Below, in pieces: positions 53,835 to 63,172 of a DNA stretch of 64,000 nucleotides. The notes below the pieces were generated by a model. It did no database searches. It was given only the letters and a program-made list of their open reading frames with translations, and was not told the origin of the DNA. The DNA is taken from NCBI GenBank assembly GCA_040285745.1, contig JAUFOR010000001.1:806001-870000 (forward strand), read 5' to 3'. A program made the translations under genes and the position numbers. This stretch comes from Barthelona sp. PCE (lineage: Eukaryota). The stretch's first letter is position 1, and every line of letters begins with the position of its first letter.

Positions 53835-54573
53835 ATGTATGCTTCACTCCACAGCCACGTGGTACTGGTAAAGAACTAACACTAAGGCAAATTTTCGTCA
53901 AGACACTCACTGGCGTATGTTTTTAGCAAATTGGATCATGAGAAGATATTCTTTGGAATTGGGACAGCTATTTTAGCTGGAAACATTGGCAACAGCTGCT
54001 GGTTAGGGGAGTACAACTCAGAATCAAGAAAGCTTGGGGTTTAGTAGTAATCTCGATGCATCTTCGTTTTTGTGTCACTTGGAAGCCCCAAACACTTTGC
54101 AAAGGTATAACGTGGGGTCTCCAATATCCAAAAGTCTGTGTACAGTTGTGTCCATCCATTTTTTATTTTTTCTCGACGTACAATGATTTTCGCTTTATTC
54201 TAACACCTAGAAGACCATTGCCATCACTTGTGAGCAGAATGAGAGCATCACTTCTGTTAAGCAAAAGATTTCTGCCAAGGAAGGTATTCCTGCCGATCAG
54301 CAGCGTCTCATCTACTCTGGTAAGCAGCTCGATGAGGGCCGCACCCTTGCCGATTACGGTATTCAGAAGGAGGCTACTCTCCATCTCGTCCTTAGACTGA
54401 GAGGTGGTGCTAACGATATTCTTCCCGCTTTGGAAGCTCTTGCTGCCAAGTACAAGTGGCACAAGAAGATTTGCCGTCGTTGTTACTCTCGCAATCCATT
54501 AAACGCCACTCGTTGTCGCAAGAAGAAGTGCAGATGCCCCGACCTTCGTTTGAAGAAGATCCCCGCTGCTTAA
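53835..54573 (+). CDS. UBA52: Ubiquitin-ribosomal protein eL40 fusion; exons 53835-53836 (AT), 53887-53914, 54211-54573 (130 aa)
   Basis: Missed by ORF track. Spliced product [13 protein letters not shown]...[52 protein letters not shown]...LRLKK. Confidence 0.95.
53837..53886 (+). other. Intron 1 of Ub-eL40 (50 nt), splitting the start codon
   Basis: caaAT|GTATGC...ACTAACACTAAG|G CAA ATT TTC GTC AAG. Confidence 0.88.
53915..54210 (+). other. Intron 2 of Ub-eL40 (296 nt)
   Basis: GGC|GTATGT...TCTAACACCTAG|AAG ACC ATT joins TLTG to KTI. Confidence 0.93.
54034..54097 (+). ncRNA. Candidate intron-encoded H/ACA-like guide RNA hairpin
   Basis: Stem TTGGGGTTT/AAGCCCCAA, internal loop, short upper stem, then ACA at 54092-54094. 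Confidence 0.4.
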
Positions 54574-54800
54574 TTGGTTAGCGTAACCGCCTTTAGAGTA
54601 AACTGAAGACGTATTAAGTCGTTTGTTATTGTCGCCTGCTTCATTCTTTGAGTTTTTCAAAAGAAGCATTTCTAACACATTGAACAATTTGTACCCTTTC
54701 TGGACACAAATGTGAAGATTTTCATGCATTTACTTGATCATAAAGCACCAAAAATGTGGTTGAAAATTTGTTATTCTGTTTTCCCCTTATTTCATCAACC

Positions 54801-55490
54801 ATGGATAGAAGTCGATACATTGACGTCGAAACTAACATCAGAAACAAGCTGGAGAACATCCAGGAGGCTATCAGGAGGATTTCTCGTTCAACCAGAGCTG
54901 CACAGATCAGTCAAATGCAATCCCGTATTCCTCGAATTATTAATGAGTGTGAGACGCTACTTCGCGACTCCCGTACTCTTTTCTCACAAGAGGGATGTGA
55001 GCAGAACCACAGCCAATTTTTCCAATTGCTCAGCGACTATAAAGGACAATGGGATCGTGAACTTACGTCTGCCACACGTCGTCTCGGCGTTGGAGAAAAC
55101 GGAAGAGTGGCCAATAATGAAGCTGCAAAAGCTGAGGCTGAACGCATTAGGCAACAGGCAATGATTAGCAACGAGGCTCAGAACGTCAGTCAGATGGTGA
55201 ATAACCGTAATAAGGAGATCACTGAGTTTGTCAGAGACCTTGGTGTCGTACAAGATACCATGCGTGATCTTTCAGAAGCAATTTCTACAAATGATGTGGG
55301 AATTGAAAGTCTACAAGACAACGTAGATGAGGCTGTTGTGTTTATTGAACGTGGTAATAGAGATCTTGTCACATCTGAAGGCAAACAACGTGGCAATCGT
55401 TCACGCCTGTGCTGCTTTTTTCTCATAACTCTAGTTTGTGCTCTCCTTGTTGTTTATATCTTATTGAAGAAACTGAAGGTTATGAAGTAA
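54801..55490 (+). CDS. Qa-SNARE syntaxin (possibly endosomal syntaxin-7/12-like)
   Basis: Helical N-terminus; SNARE motif RNKEI.......V...MRDL...I......IESL.DNV..A...IE.G...L; CC then a C-terminal TM. Confidence 0.8.
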   Translation: MDRSRYIDVETNIRNKLENIQEAIRRISRSTRAAQISQMQSRIPRIINECETLLRDSRTLFSQEGCEQNHSQFFQLLSDYKGQWDRELTSATRRLGVGENGRVANNEAAKAEAERIRQQAMISNEAQNVSQMVNNRNKEITEFVRDLGVVQDTMRDLSEAISTNDVGIESLQDNVDEAVVFIERGNRDLVTSEGKQRGNRSRLCCFFLITLVCALLVVYILLKKLKVMK

Positions 55491-55662
55491 AGTAAATAGA
55501 CTATTTAGGATGATCCCTGCATTTAGATTTTCTTTTTTCATTTGTTGTACAATTAATTCTCACACCCGCTGTGCGATGACAGAGATTGAATAGTGAAAAA
55601 CCATTGTGGTCAACGAGAAAATCGTACAAATCGCATTTCTTTCTTTTTCACCCCTTTACACA

Positions 55663-57138
55663 ATGGAAACAGCAATTAAACAGTACGAATACGTCTTTGC
55701 ACGTGCAAGATTCATCCTTCCGATGAACCCAGAGCTCGAAAATGGTTATAACACACGTATTGAAGATGGTTACGTTCTTTGTAACGAAAAAATTATTGAA
55801 TGTGGTCACTATACAGCTGAAATCGGCACCAGAATCAAGACCGAGTACCCCACCGTCCACGTTATGGGCGCTAATGATGAGGAAGATTTCCCTATGCTTG
55901 ATGGTGTTCTCATGCCCGGTTTTATCGTCGCTCACGGTCACGATCACGAGTCCCCCATTGTTGGTTTGGCTAAGGACGTTCCATTAACCGCATGGCTTGA
56001 TGGCGCTGTTAATGTTTTTACTGGTATGCTCAACGAGAAGAAGGAAGAGCTCAGCGAGATGTTCAGCGGTTCTCCTCACTACGTTGCGTACATCAAGGCG
56101 CGTCTTGATAACATCCAGTACGGTGTTACTTCATGTTGTGTGCACCACTGCAACCATAACAAGTACAACGTTGAGCCAATTGTTAGAGCCAACGTTAAGG
56201 CTGGAACCAAGATGATTGTCGCTGTCGGATCACAGGACCGTCACTACGATCCCCGTATCCTAGACACACCTGAAGAAGCTGTGGCTCGTATGGACTCTTA
56301 TCAGGAGCAGTTCGCAAATACTCCCCGCACAGAGGTCATTCCTGGTCCTGATCAACTGTTTTCGAACGGTCCCGAGATTCTCAAGGCACTCAAGGAGTGG
56401 AGCGAGAAGCACGGAAAAATGTTCCACTGCCACTCAAGTGAGGAGCCCAACACAACTAAGTGGTTCACAGAAGAGTATGGTATGACCCCAGTTGAGTACG
56501 CACACTCCATCGGCATTCTCAACGAGCGCACGGTGTTTGCTCATCAGGTCAACTCGACCGAACACGATATTGATTTGTTAAGGGAGAACAAGGTGAAACT
56601 TGTCCACAACCCACTCGCTAACACAGTTTTGGGAAGCGGAATGCCTGACATTATCAACTGGCGCAAGAACGGAATCCCCACAGCTATCTCAACTGACGGT
56701 TCCGGTTCAGCTGATTGCCAGAACATTCTTGGTGCCGCCAAGTGTGCTGTTCAGTATCAGAGGGCTCTGCACTGCGATCCTTCTGTGTTGACCGCTGTCG
56801 ACGTTCTCGCTATGATTACACGTGCCCCTGCAGACTTTTACAACTTCAACGCTGGTACGCTTGAGGCCGGTAGAGATGGTGATTTTGTTCTCATTGATTT
56901 GACACGGCCCAACCTAACACCCACGCTCATCGATACCGTTATGGAGAATCTTGTATGGTGCTCTGACGGCAGCGAGGTCAAACATGTTGTAGCCAATGGT
57001 ATTGTACTGAAGGAAGATTTTGAGTTCAAGACTTTAAACGAGAAGAAGATTAAGGAAGATGTCCTCGAGCTCACTAGATACCTCCACGCTTACAAGCGCA
57101 CTGCTGCTGAGATCAGAGGCACTGGTGCTCACAAGTAA
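55663..57138 (+). CDS. Metal-dependent amidohydrolase (MtaD/guanine-deaminase/AtzA-like nucleoside deaminase family)
   Basis: MPGFIVAHGH (HxH), HCHSSE, FAHQV, VHNP..N..LGSG, ISTDG, GTLEAG.DGD. Confidence 0.85.
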   Translation: METAIKQYEYVFARARFILPMNPELENGYNTRIEDGYVLCNEKIIECGHYTAEIGTRIKTEYPTVHVMGANDEEDFPMLDGVLMPGFIVAHGHDHESPIVGLAKDVPLTAWLDGAVNVFTGMLNEKKEELSEMFSGSPHYVAYIKARLDNIQYGVTSCCVHHCNHNKYNVEPIVRANVKAGTKMIVAVGSQDRHYDPRILDTPEEAVARMDSYQEQFANTPRTEVIPGPDQLFSNGPEILKALKEWSEKHGKMFHCHSSEEPNTTKWFTEEYGMTPVEYAHSIGILNERTVFAHQVNSTEHDIDLLRENKVKLVHNPLANTVLGSGMPDIINWRKNGIPTAISTDGSGSADCQNILGAAKCAVQYQRALHCDPSVLTAVDVLAMITRAPADFYNFNAGTLEAGRDGDFVLIDLTRPNLTPTLIDTVMENLVWCSDGSEVKHVVANGIVLKEDFEFKTLNEKKIKEDVLELTRYLHAYKRTAAEIRGTGAHK

Positions 57139-57154
57139 ATGAAAAATTTGTTTA

Positions 57155-60058
57155 TTATTCACCGAACTCACAGTAGTCCTTGAGATCGTCTAGGAATGAA
57201 AGATCATCTTCGGTGAGCTCATGTTTGAAACCAGCAAGCAAAGCTGTGACACCAGCCTTTGTAATATTCGTTACGAAAGCATCGTTGAGCTGAATATCTC
57301 GACCTATCTGGTGGATTGGCTCGCCAACAATAGGCTTGATCTTGACAGATCCCTGCTCGCCCTTGTTGATGTGCTGTACCTCAGCGTGGTTGACCTCGAT
57401 AGATTCGATACGACCAGCTAAAAAGCGGAATCCTCTTCTCTGAATAGAAAGAGGTGCACCGACATGCAAACGACCTCTACGAACCTCGAGACCCACAACA
57501 ATGGGGTTTCTGCTGTTGAAAACACAGCCAGGAACGATTGTTGCGACACCAGGCCATACGGCGTTACCCTTAGCGAGAGCTTCCTCTTCGACACGCTTCC
57601 TGTAGTTTGTTCTCCACTCGTAGTAGTCGTCGTGAAGATGGTAGATGATTTCAGCTGTGAAGATCTTGACGTTTGCCTCAGCTGCATACTCTTCAACAGC
57701 AGAGTCCACCTTGACATTGAAAGCTAATACACAGGCGTATTCACTGTTTGTGTCGTGCATGATCATACCGGACATCACATCCATCTTGCGCACAGGGCCA
57801 ATAGCGGCGGAAGCAATAGGGATATCGGTGTAGTCATGGAGATACTTGATGAGTGCCTCGAGAGCACCAAGGGTTGAGGCTTGTAGATGGACACCTTGTT
57901 CAGCACGGGCACCAGCAAGGACATCACTGACCTCCTTCTTTGCAAGTTCGACGCAGTAGTCGTACTCATCGTCTTTAACGGCAACAAAGATGGGGGAGCC
58001 AGCAAGAGCCTCCGTGACGTCTGCACACTGGATACGCACTCCTGAAGAACCCTGCAGGCTCTGGTGGAGTACATAAGCGCCAGTACCAGCGTTGGTACGC
58101 ATTTCTTTGAGTGGTTTGGGTGTCATCAGCTCACGAACCTTCGTTGTAACGACACCGTTCAGCCCTGCCATAATGATGGTGTCACCTCTGTTAATGGTAC
58201 CGTTTGCGAGCACACAATCGAGTACACAACCAACACCAGGTAATACCTTAACCTCAAGGACGGTACAGTCAACATCGTCAATGAAGCGGAGCTTGGGACC
58301 GAGGAAGCGCTCCGAGAACTCCATAATGCAGTGCATAAGATCACCGAGACCTTCACCAGTCCAGGCAGAAGTGGGTACGAGGGACACTTCCTTTCTGGGG
58401 TCCGATATCTCTGTGTAAACGTTCGCAAAGATGCCCTGGTCAGAGAGCTGGGCGATGACGTCATGAAGACGCTCTGTGAAGTGGTTCCTTGTGTGTTGTG
58501 ATTGTTTTTCGAAAGTTTTTTCGAAAGTCATGTCCTTGTGCTCTTTCCACTGCGACAGACGGTCGATCTTGTTGAGAGCAATGACGAACGGGACGCGGCC
58601 GCTTCTCAGGAGGTTGATGGACTCGATGGTTTGTGGCTCGAGACCATGCATAATATCAATGACGAGGATGGCGAAGTTAGCCATATTTGATCCACGGGAG
58701 CGCAAGTTGCTGAAAGATTCGTGGCCGGGGGTGTCAATGACAAGAACACCAGGAAGTTTGTAGGTGTGGTTGCGGGTAACAGGGAGCTCATCTGCTATTT
58801 CAATCACCTTTTCAACGGGGAAGAAGGATGCACCGATTTGCTGGGTGATACCGCCTGCCTCATCAGCTTGGACGTGTGTGGATCTGATGAAATCTAGAAT
58901 AGAAGTTTTACCAGTATCTACGTGACCGAGAATCGTCACAATGGGAGCCCTGAAATCATTTTGAATTGAAAGACGCTCAGCACGATCTGCGCGGGTTTTT
59001 CTACGATGCCCGATCTTCTGCAGCTCCTTTTGGCGCTCAGCCTCGGCAAGTTCTTCCTCCCAATTGGGATGGAGTTCGTTGAACTTCTTCAGTTGTCGAT
59101 CATAGCGTTGACGCTCACGGCGCCCCTTCTGACCCTTCTTCTTGCACAATACCTTGTACTGCTTGTCTGTGATTGGTCTCCAATCCTCAGGGAGAGCATC
59201 CTCCTCCTCTTCTTCTTCAGCAACGACCTCTTCCGGTTCCTCCTCGATAACCTCCTCTTTGGGTTTCTCGGCAGCAGCAGCCTTTTCTTCCTCCTCAAGG
59301 GTCTCGAGTTCGGCTTCCCAGTCTTCTTCGTCAACAAAATTCTCAAGCTTGGCTTCTTCTTCCCAGTTGTCAGCATCATCCTCCCAGGATTCTTCTTCAT
59401 CCTCCCAGTCTTCTTTGCCGCTCTCGACGTTCTCTGCTGCAGCTTCCCAGTCGAGATCTTCCTCAGATTCAATTTCTTCAGGCACCTCTTCGGGGGTTGT
59501 GGTTTCTTCAACCTTCAGCTTCTCCTCCTGCTCACGCTTCAGTTCGAGTTCACGTTGTTTCTTACGCTCCTCCTGCCTTCTGCGATGTTCGAGACGTTCT
59601 TCAGCCATTTTCTCGCGAAGCTCTTCAGCGTTTGATACACCGTACTTCTTCATGAGGCCCTCGGCACGCTCTTGTTGAGCACGCTCAGCGTCCAACTGCC
59701 TCTGTGTCTTATAAAGACCAGCAGCTTTGAGATCTTGGATCTTTTGCTTCTTGGCATCCTTACGCTCTTGCCTTTTTTTTGCTTCTTCCTCTTCACGTTC
59801 CTTCTCAAGGCGCTCGGCCTCTTCAATGGCACGCTGTTGTTCTTGCAATAAACGCTCTTCCTCTTCTTTAGCAGCTTTACGTGCAGCTACTTGAGCTTGA
59901 ATGGCAGCTAACTGCCTATTCTTTTGAGCTTCTCCCTGACTTGGTCTCTGACCAGGTTTTTGCCCAGGCTTACGAGCACCAGGCTTATTACCCTTTGGCT
60001 TCGTCGGTTTTTTACCAGGGGGTTTACGAGCACCAGGCTTTGGTCTCTTAGGTGGCAT
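57155..60058 (-). CDS. eIF5B: Translation initiation factor eIF5B
   Basis: GHVDTGKT, GGITQQIGA, DTPGHESF.NLRSRG, NKID, QASTLGALEAL; charged N-terminus; ATG at 60058. Confidence 0.95.
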   Translation of the reverse strand: MPPKRPKPGARKPPGKKPTKPKGNKPGARKPGQKPGQRPSQGEAQKNRQLAAIQAQVAARKAAKEEEERLLQEQQRAIEEAERLEKEREEEEAKKRQERKDAKKQKIQDLKAAGLYKTQRQLDAERAQQERAEGLMKKYGVSNAEELREKMAEERLEHRRRQEERKKQRELELKREQEEKLKVEETTTPEEVPEEIESEEDLDWEAAAENVESGKEDWEDEEESWEDDADNWEEEAKLENFVDEEDWEAELETLEEEEKAAAAEKPKEEVIEEEPEEVVAEEEEEEDALPEDWRPITDKQYKVLCKKKGQKGRRERQRYDRQLKKFNELHPNWEEELAEAERQKELQKIGHRRKTRADRAERLSIQNDFRAPIVTILGHVDTGKTSILDFIRSTHVQADEAGGITQQIGASFFPVEKVIEIADELPVTRNHTYKLPGVLVIDTPGHESFSNLRSRGSNMANFAILVIDIMHGLEPQTIESINLLRSGRVPFVIALNKIDRLSQWKEHKDMTFEKTFEKQSQHTRNHFTERLHDVIAQLSDQGIFANVYTEISDPRKEVSLVPTSAWTGEGLGDLMHCIMEFSERFLGPKLRFIDDVDCTVLEVKVLPGVGCVLDCVLANGTINRGDTIIMAGLNGVVTTKVRELMTPKPLKEMRTNAGTGAYVLHQSLQGSSGVRIQCADVTEALAGSPIFVAVKDDEYDYCVELAKKEVSDVLAGARAEQGVHLQASTLGALEALIKYLHDYTDIPIASAAIGPVRKMDVMSGMIMHDTNSEYACVLAFNVKVDSAVEEYAAEANVKIFTAEIIYHLHDDYYEWRTNYRKRVEEEALAKGNAVWPGVATIVPGCVFNSRNPIVVGLEVRRGRLHVGAPLSIQRRGFRFLAGRIESIEVNHAEVQHINKGEQGSVKIKPIVGEPIHQIGRDIQLNDAFVTNITKAGVTALLAGFKHELTEDDLSFLDDLKDYCEFGE

Positions 60059-60239
60059 TTTCAAAAAATTGTAAAGGAAAAATGGTAAAAATAACCTAAG
60101 TAAAAATTTTCTGACGTAAAATTTGATATTCACTGTTTATTGACATTAATGAAGAAATATCTATGATGATAACCGCTTTTTGATATTGTTAAGTACATTT
60201 AAACAAAATTAGATATGTGCAGTTTACTCAAAGTATTAA

Positions 60240-61000
60240 TTACTCCTCTTCAACCTGCTCCTGCTCGACTTCAGCGGGGGCATCGACTTCCTCGACACCA
60301 GGCTGCTCGAGTTCCTCAGCAACTTCCTCACCTTCAGTGGGTTGAGCAGCAATACGCTCGCGTTGGGACTTGGCCATCTTTCTGGACATGAACAATTGAG
60401 GGATAACAAGGAGCAAGGGGAAGATCTTGGACATAACCTTCTTCATGGGGCCCTGGGGAAGAGGTCTCTTGGCGGCAGAAACGGACTTGTGGAGCTCACC
60501 ATCATAGATGAAAGCGGAGAAAGCGCTGGGACCGTTGGCGGCGATTCTGACAAAGCCCTTACCCATAGCAGTGGAGGAAATCTTAACCTTGTTGAAGGTA
60601 TCAGCGAAGTTAATAGTGAACAGTTCGGTCTTCTTACCATCCATCTCATCAGAAACAAAGACAACACCCTCAGTCTTGGTGTCGAGCTCGATCTCAACGT
60701 ACTTGACATCTTCGTAAATACCGGTGTTGTTGAAGAAGAATCTTCCACTCAAAGTCTCGTTTGTCTTAACAATTTCAAGTGTGTAGACCTTGCAGGCTTC
60801 GCTCTCGATCTCACAGATCTCGAGGTCCCATGTGCTAGGTGTTAGAAGTTAATAATATCGGGGAAAATTACATGCGCTGGTAACACGTTGAATAAGTTGA
60901 AAGCGGGCTGTCTGGACTTGCCTGCTCCACCCAAACCGGGTAAAAAGGCGTTAGCGGAGGCGACGTAAGCCAAAAGAACTAAAACAAAGACGATCTTCAT
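60240..61000 (-). CDS. Hypothetical signal-peptide/membrane protein; exons 61000-60876 and 60834-60240 (239 aa)
   Basis: MKIVFVLVLLAYVASANA signal peptide joins the downstream ORF through a 41-nt GC-AG intron; hydrophobic segment then acidic tail. Confidence 0.7.
60835..60875 (-). other. GC-AG intron (41 nt, phase 2)
   Basis: GC|GCATGT...TCTAACACCTAG|C; the only consensus-like donor I found in the required phase. Confidence 0.7.
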
Positions 61001-61268
61001 TGTATAAGGGATATGTATATTGAAGTGGATTTATAGGTTTATAGTAACGTTCATACAGAGGGATTGGTAGAGAACAATGTGTTAAATGCTGTTTTATCGA
61101 TGTAAATGTATTATACGACAGTTTTTTAATGGGGGATCAACATAAGGCTCACGCTATTGAAAACGTGAGTGATGTTGAGAGTTAATGGCAGTACGAGCAG
61201 CAAAATGCGGACTAAAGTTATAACAGCATTAGTCATACAAAACTCATCAAAATTTCTAGAACTAGCAT

Positions 61269-63023
61269 TTACTCATCAGTTGTGGCCTCCTGCTCCTCAC
61301 CCTCGGGGCACAGCATCTCGTACATGTCTACAAGTTGGGCATTCTGCTTGAACGATTCACCCAGATCACGAATCAATTTATAGTACTTTCTCTCCTGCGC
61401 CCACAACAAACCGAGGTCGTCTTCGTTCTCCCGCATCGTGTCTTCCTTCTTAACCGTCAACAAGCTCATCTTGTCCAGTTTAGATGAAAGATCCTTTCCA
61501 ATGTTGCCGAGGTACGTATTAAGGATTGTAGAAATGTTTCTGTTTTTAGAGTTAGTATGGAAGTAGTCAGTGATATTGGTATATAACTCTGTTTGTTGTT
61601 CGAAAAAGGCCTTCTTCTTAATTAACAAATTGTAATGATGGAACAAGGACTCTGTTTCATCGTAACGCAGCGAAATCTCTTCGTATATCTCACCGAATCG
61701 CCTCTCAAACTGCTCCATCTCTGCACGGACTGGAAAAGCATCAATTCTTCTTTGCATCTCGAGACACTTCAATGTAAGCTCTCCGAGCGTCTTCCTCCAT
61801 CGAGCACACGATTTTTCGCTCAGCTTAATACGCTTATTAATCTCACTCAGCGCTTCAGCATTACCACTCGCCAACAACTCAGTCAATTCTATTATCCTTG
61901 TCTCAAGCTCCTCATACTCAGCCTCGTAGTTTGTATTGAGAGTAGTTACTTCATCACGCTTCAAGTGCGCCTGCTTGTACTTCTCAATCATCTCAAGTAA
62001 CTGAGGCCCATTGTCCCCTTCCAATGCGCGTTTGATCTTTCTCAAAAACTTGTTGTCGCTGTCCATCTGGGCCTTCAGGGCTGCGTATTCATCCCCCCTT
62101 TCAGAGAGCTCAGATTGTAACTCTCCAATAACAGCGGTAGCGGCTGCCAGCTTTTCATCTAATTTGGCATTTTGCGAGGTGAGTTTATGCATCTTTCTAT
62201 CGAGCTGGTTCGACTCGTCTTCCAGCTCTTTGCTCTTTGCGCTCAGTTTCTTCAATGCTTTAGTCTGCTTCCGATCTATTCCGAAATCATACTCAACCGC
62301 TTCGCTTTGGAAATCGCGCAAGTTCGAATTGAGTTGGTCCAGAGCCTGGGTTACCTCGTCGTCGTCTACAACACCATCGTTGTTCGCATCAGCCAACGAG
62401 AATAAGGACTTGATCAACCTCTGTGGAGCAACACCATATTCAAGCAGGGAAAGAGGTGCTGTCTCATCTGATATACGTGGACGGCGGGCAGGCCTGCGCT
62501 CTCTGTTGGGCATTGTTTTCTTGATAACAGTATCAACAATGGTGGAACGTGTGCTAAGTTGTTTGTTCTTCTCTGCTGTTTTATCGTTAGTAAAACCATG
62601 AGGGAATTGGCGCTCCCACATGAGCTGAGAGAAGTCGTGGTGGATTGCCTCTGTTTCTGAACGTATTTCAACAACACGTTGCACTAGCCATTGGATAATG
62701 GGTAAAAACGCTTTATAATCCAAAGAACGGATCTGAGGTGCCGAAATAGGGTGAGGGCACTTCATGTAACGAAGAGAACGAACGATCTTCTCACCCATTC
62801 TGATTATCATACCAAGATTTGCATTCTCTTGGAAGTTTACGTCAACCTCGACGTCCCCGTGGCAACTCTGAATGCACCAGACCATTCCACCCACTACACG
62901 ATCGAAATTAGACAGCGACTGGATTCTAGCTCTGAAATAACCCGCAGCAACGAGATAATCGATAATATCGTAAAAGGCCTTCTCCTCAACCTCGTCGTAG
63001 CCTAAAGTAGACACGAATGACAT
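61269..63023 (-). CDS. CCDC93: CCDC93 (CCC/Commander complex)
   Basis: LVAAGYFRARIQSLSNFDRVVGGMVWCI, MKCPH.I...QI..LD, R.ID..P.RAE..Q...RF.E.Y. Confidence 0.9.
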   Translation of the reverse strand: MSFVSTLGYDEVEEKAFYDIIDYLVAAGYFRARIQSLSNFDRVVGGMVWCIQSCHGDVEVDVNFQENANLGMIIRMGEKIVRSLRYMKCPHPISAPQIRSLDYKAFLPIIQWLVQRVVEIRSETEAIHHDFSQLMWERQFPHGFTNDKTAEKNKQLSTRSTIVDTVIKKTMPNRERRPARRPRISDETAPLSLLEYGVAPQRLIKSLFSLADANNDGVVDDDEVTQALDQLNSNLRDFQSEAVEYDFGIDRKQTKALKKLSAKSKELEDESNQLDRKMHKLTSQNAKLDEKLAAATAVIGELQSELSERGDEYAALKAQMDSDNKFLRKIKRALEGDNGPQLLEMIEKYKQAHLKRDEVTTLNTNYEAEYEELETRIIELTELLASGNAEALSEINKRIKLSEKSCARWRKTLGELTLKCLEMQRRIDAFPVRAEMEQFERRFGEIYEEISLRYDETESLFHHYNLLIKKKAFFEQQTELYTNITDYFHTNSKNRNISTILNTYLGNIGKDLSSKLDKMSLLTVKKEDTMRENEDDLGLLWAQERKYYKLIRDLGESFKQNAQLVDMYEMLCPEGEEQEATTDE

Positions 63024-63172
63024 CCTAAGATTGTGATTGAAGCAAGAAATTTTTTAACAGCTTCATTTCCGCATCGATTTCTTCCCACATCCCAATCCTT
63101 TGAGACCACTTATATTGGACAACATTACAACGTGCTATCCACATGAATTAATAAATGAATTGTTTTGCTTTA

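Noticed and set aside
63025-63150. Possible AT|G intron upstream of CCDC93 (TCTTAG|G ATG)
   Set aside because: No GTATG-type donor, the branch block deviates, and an intact ATG is already present.
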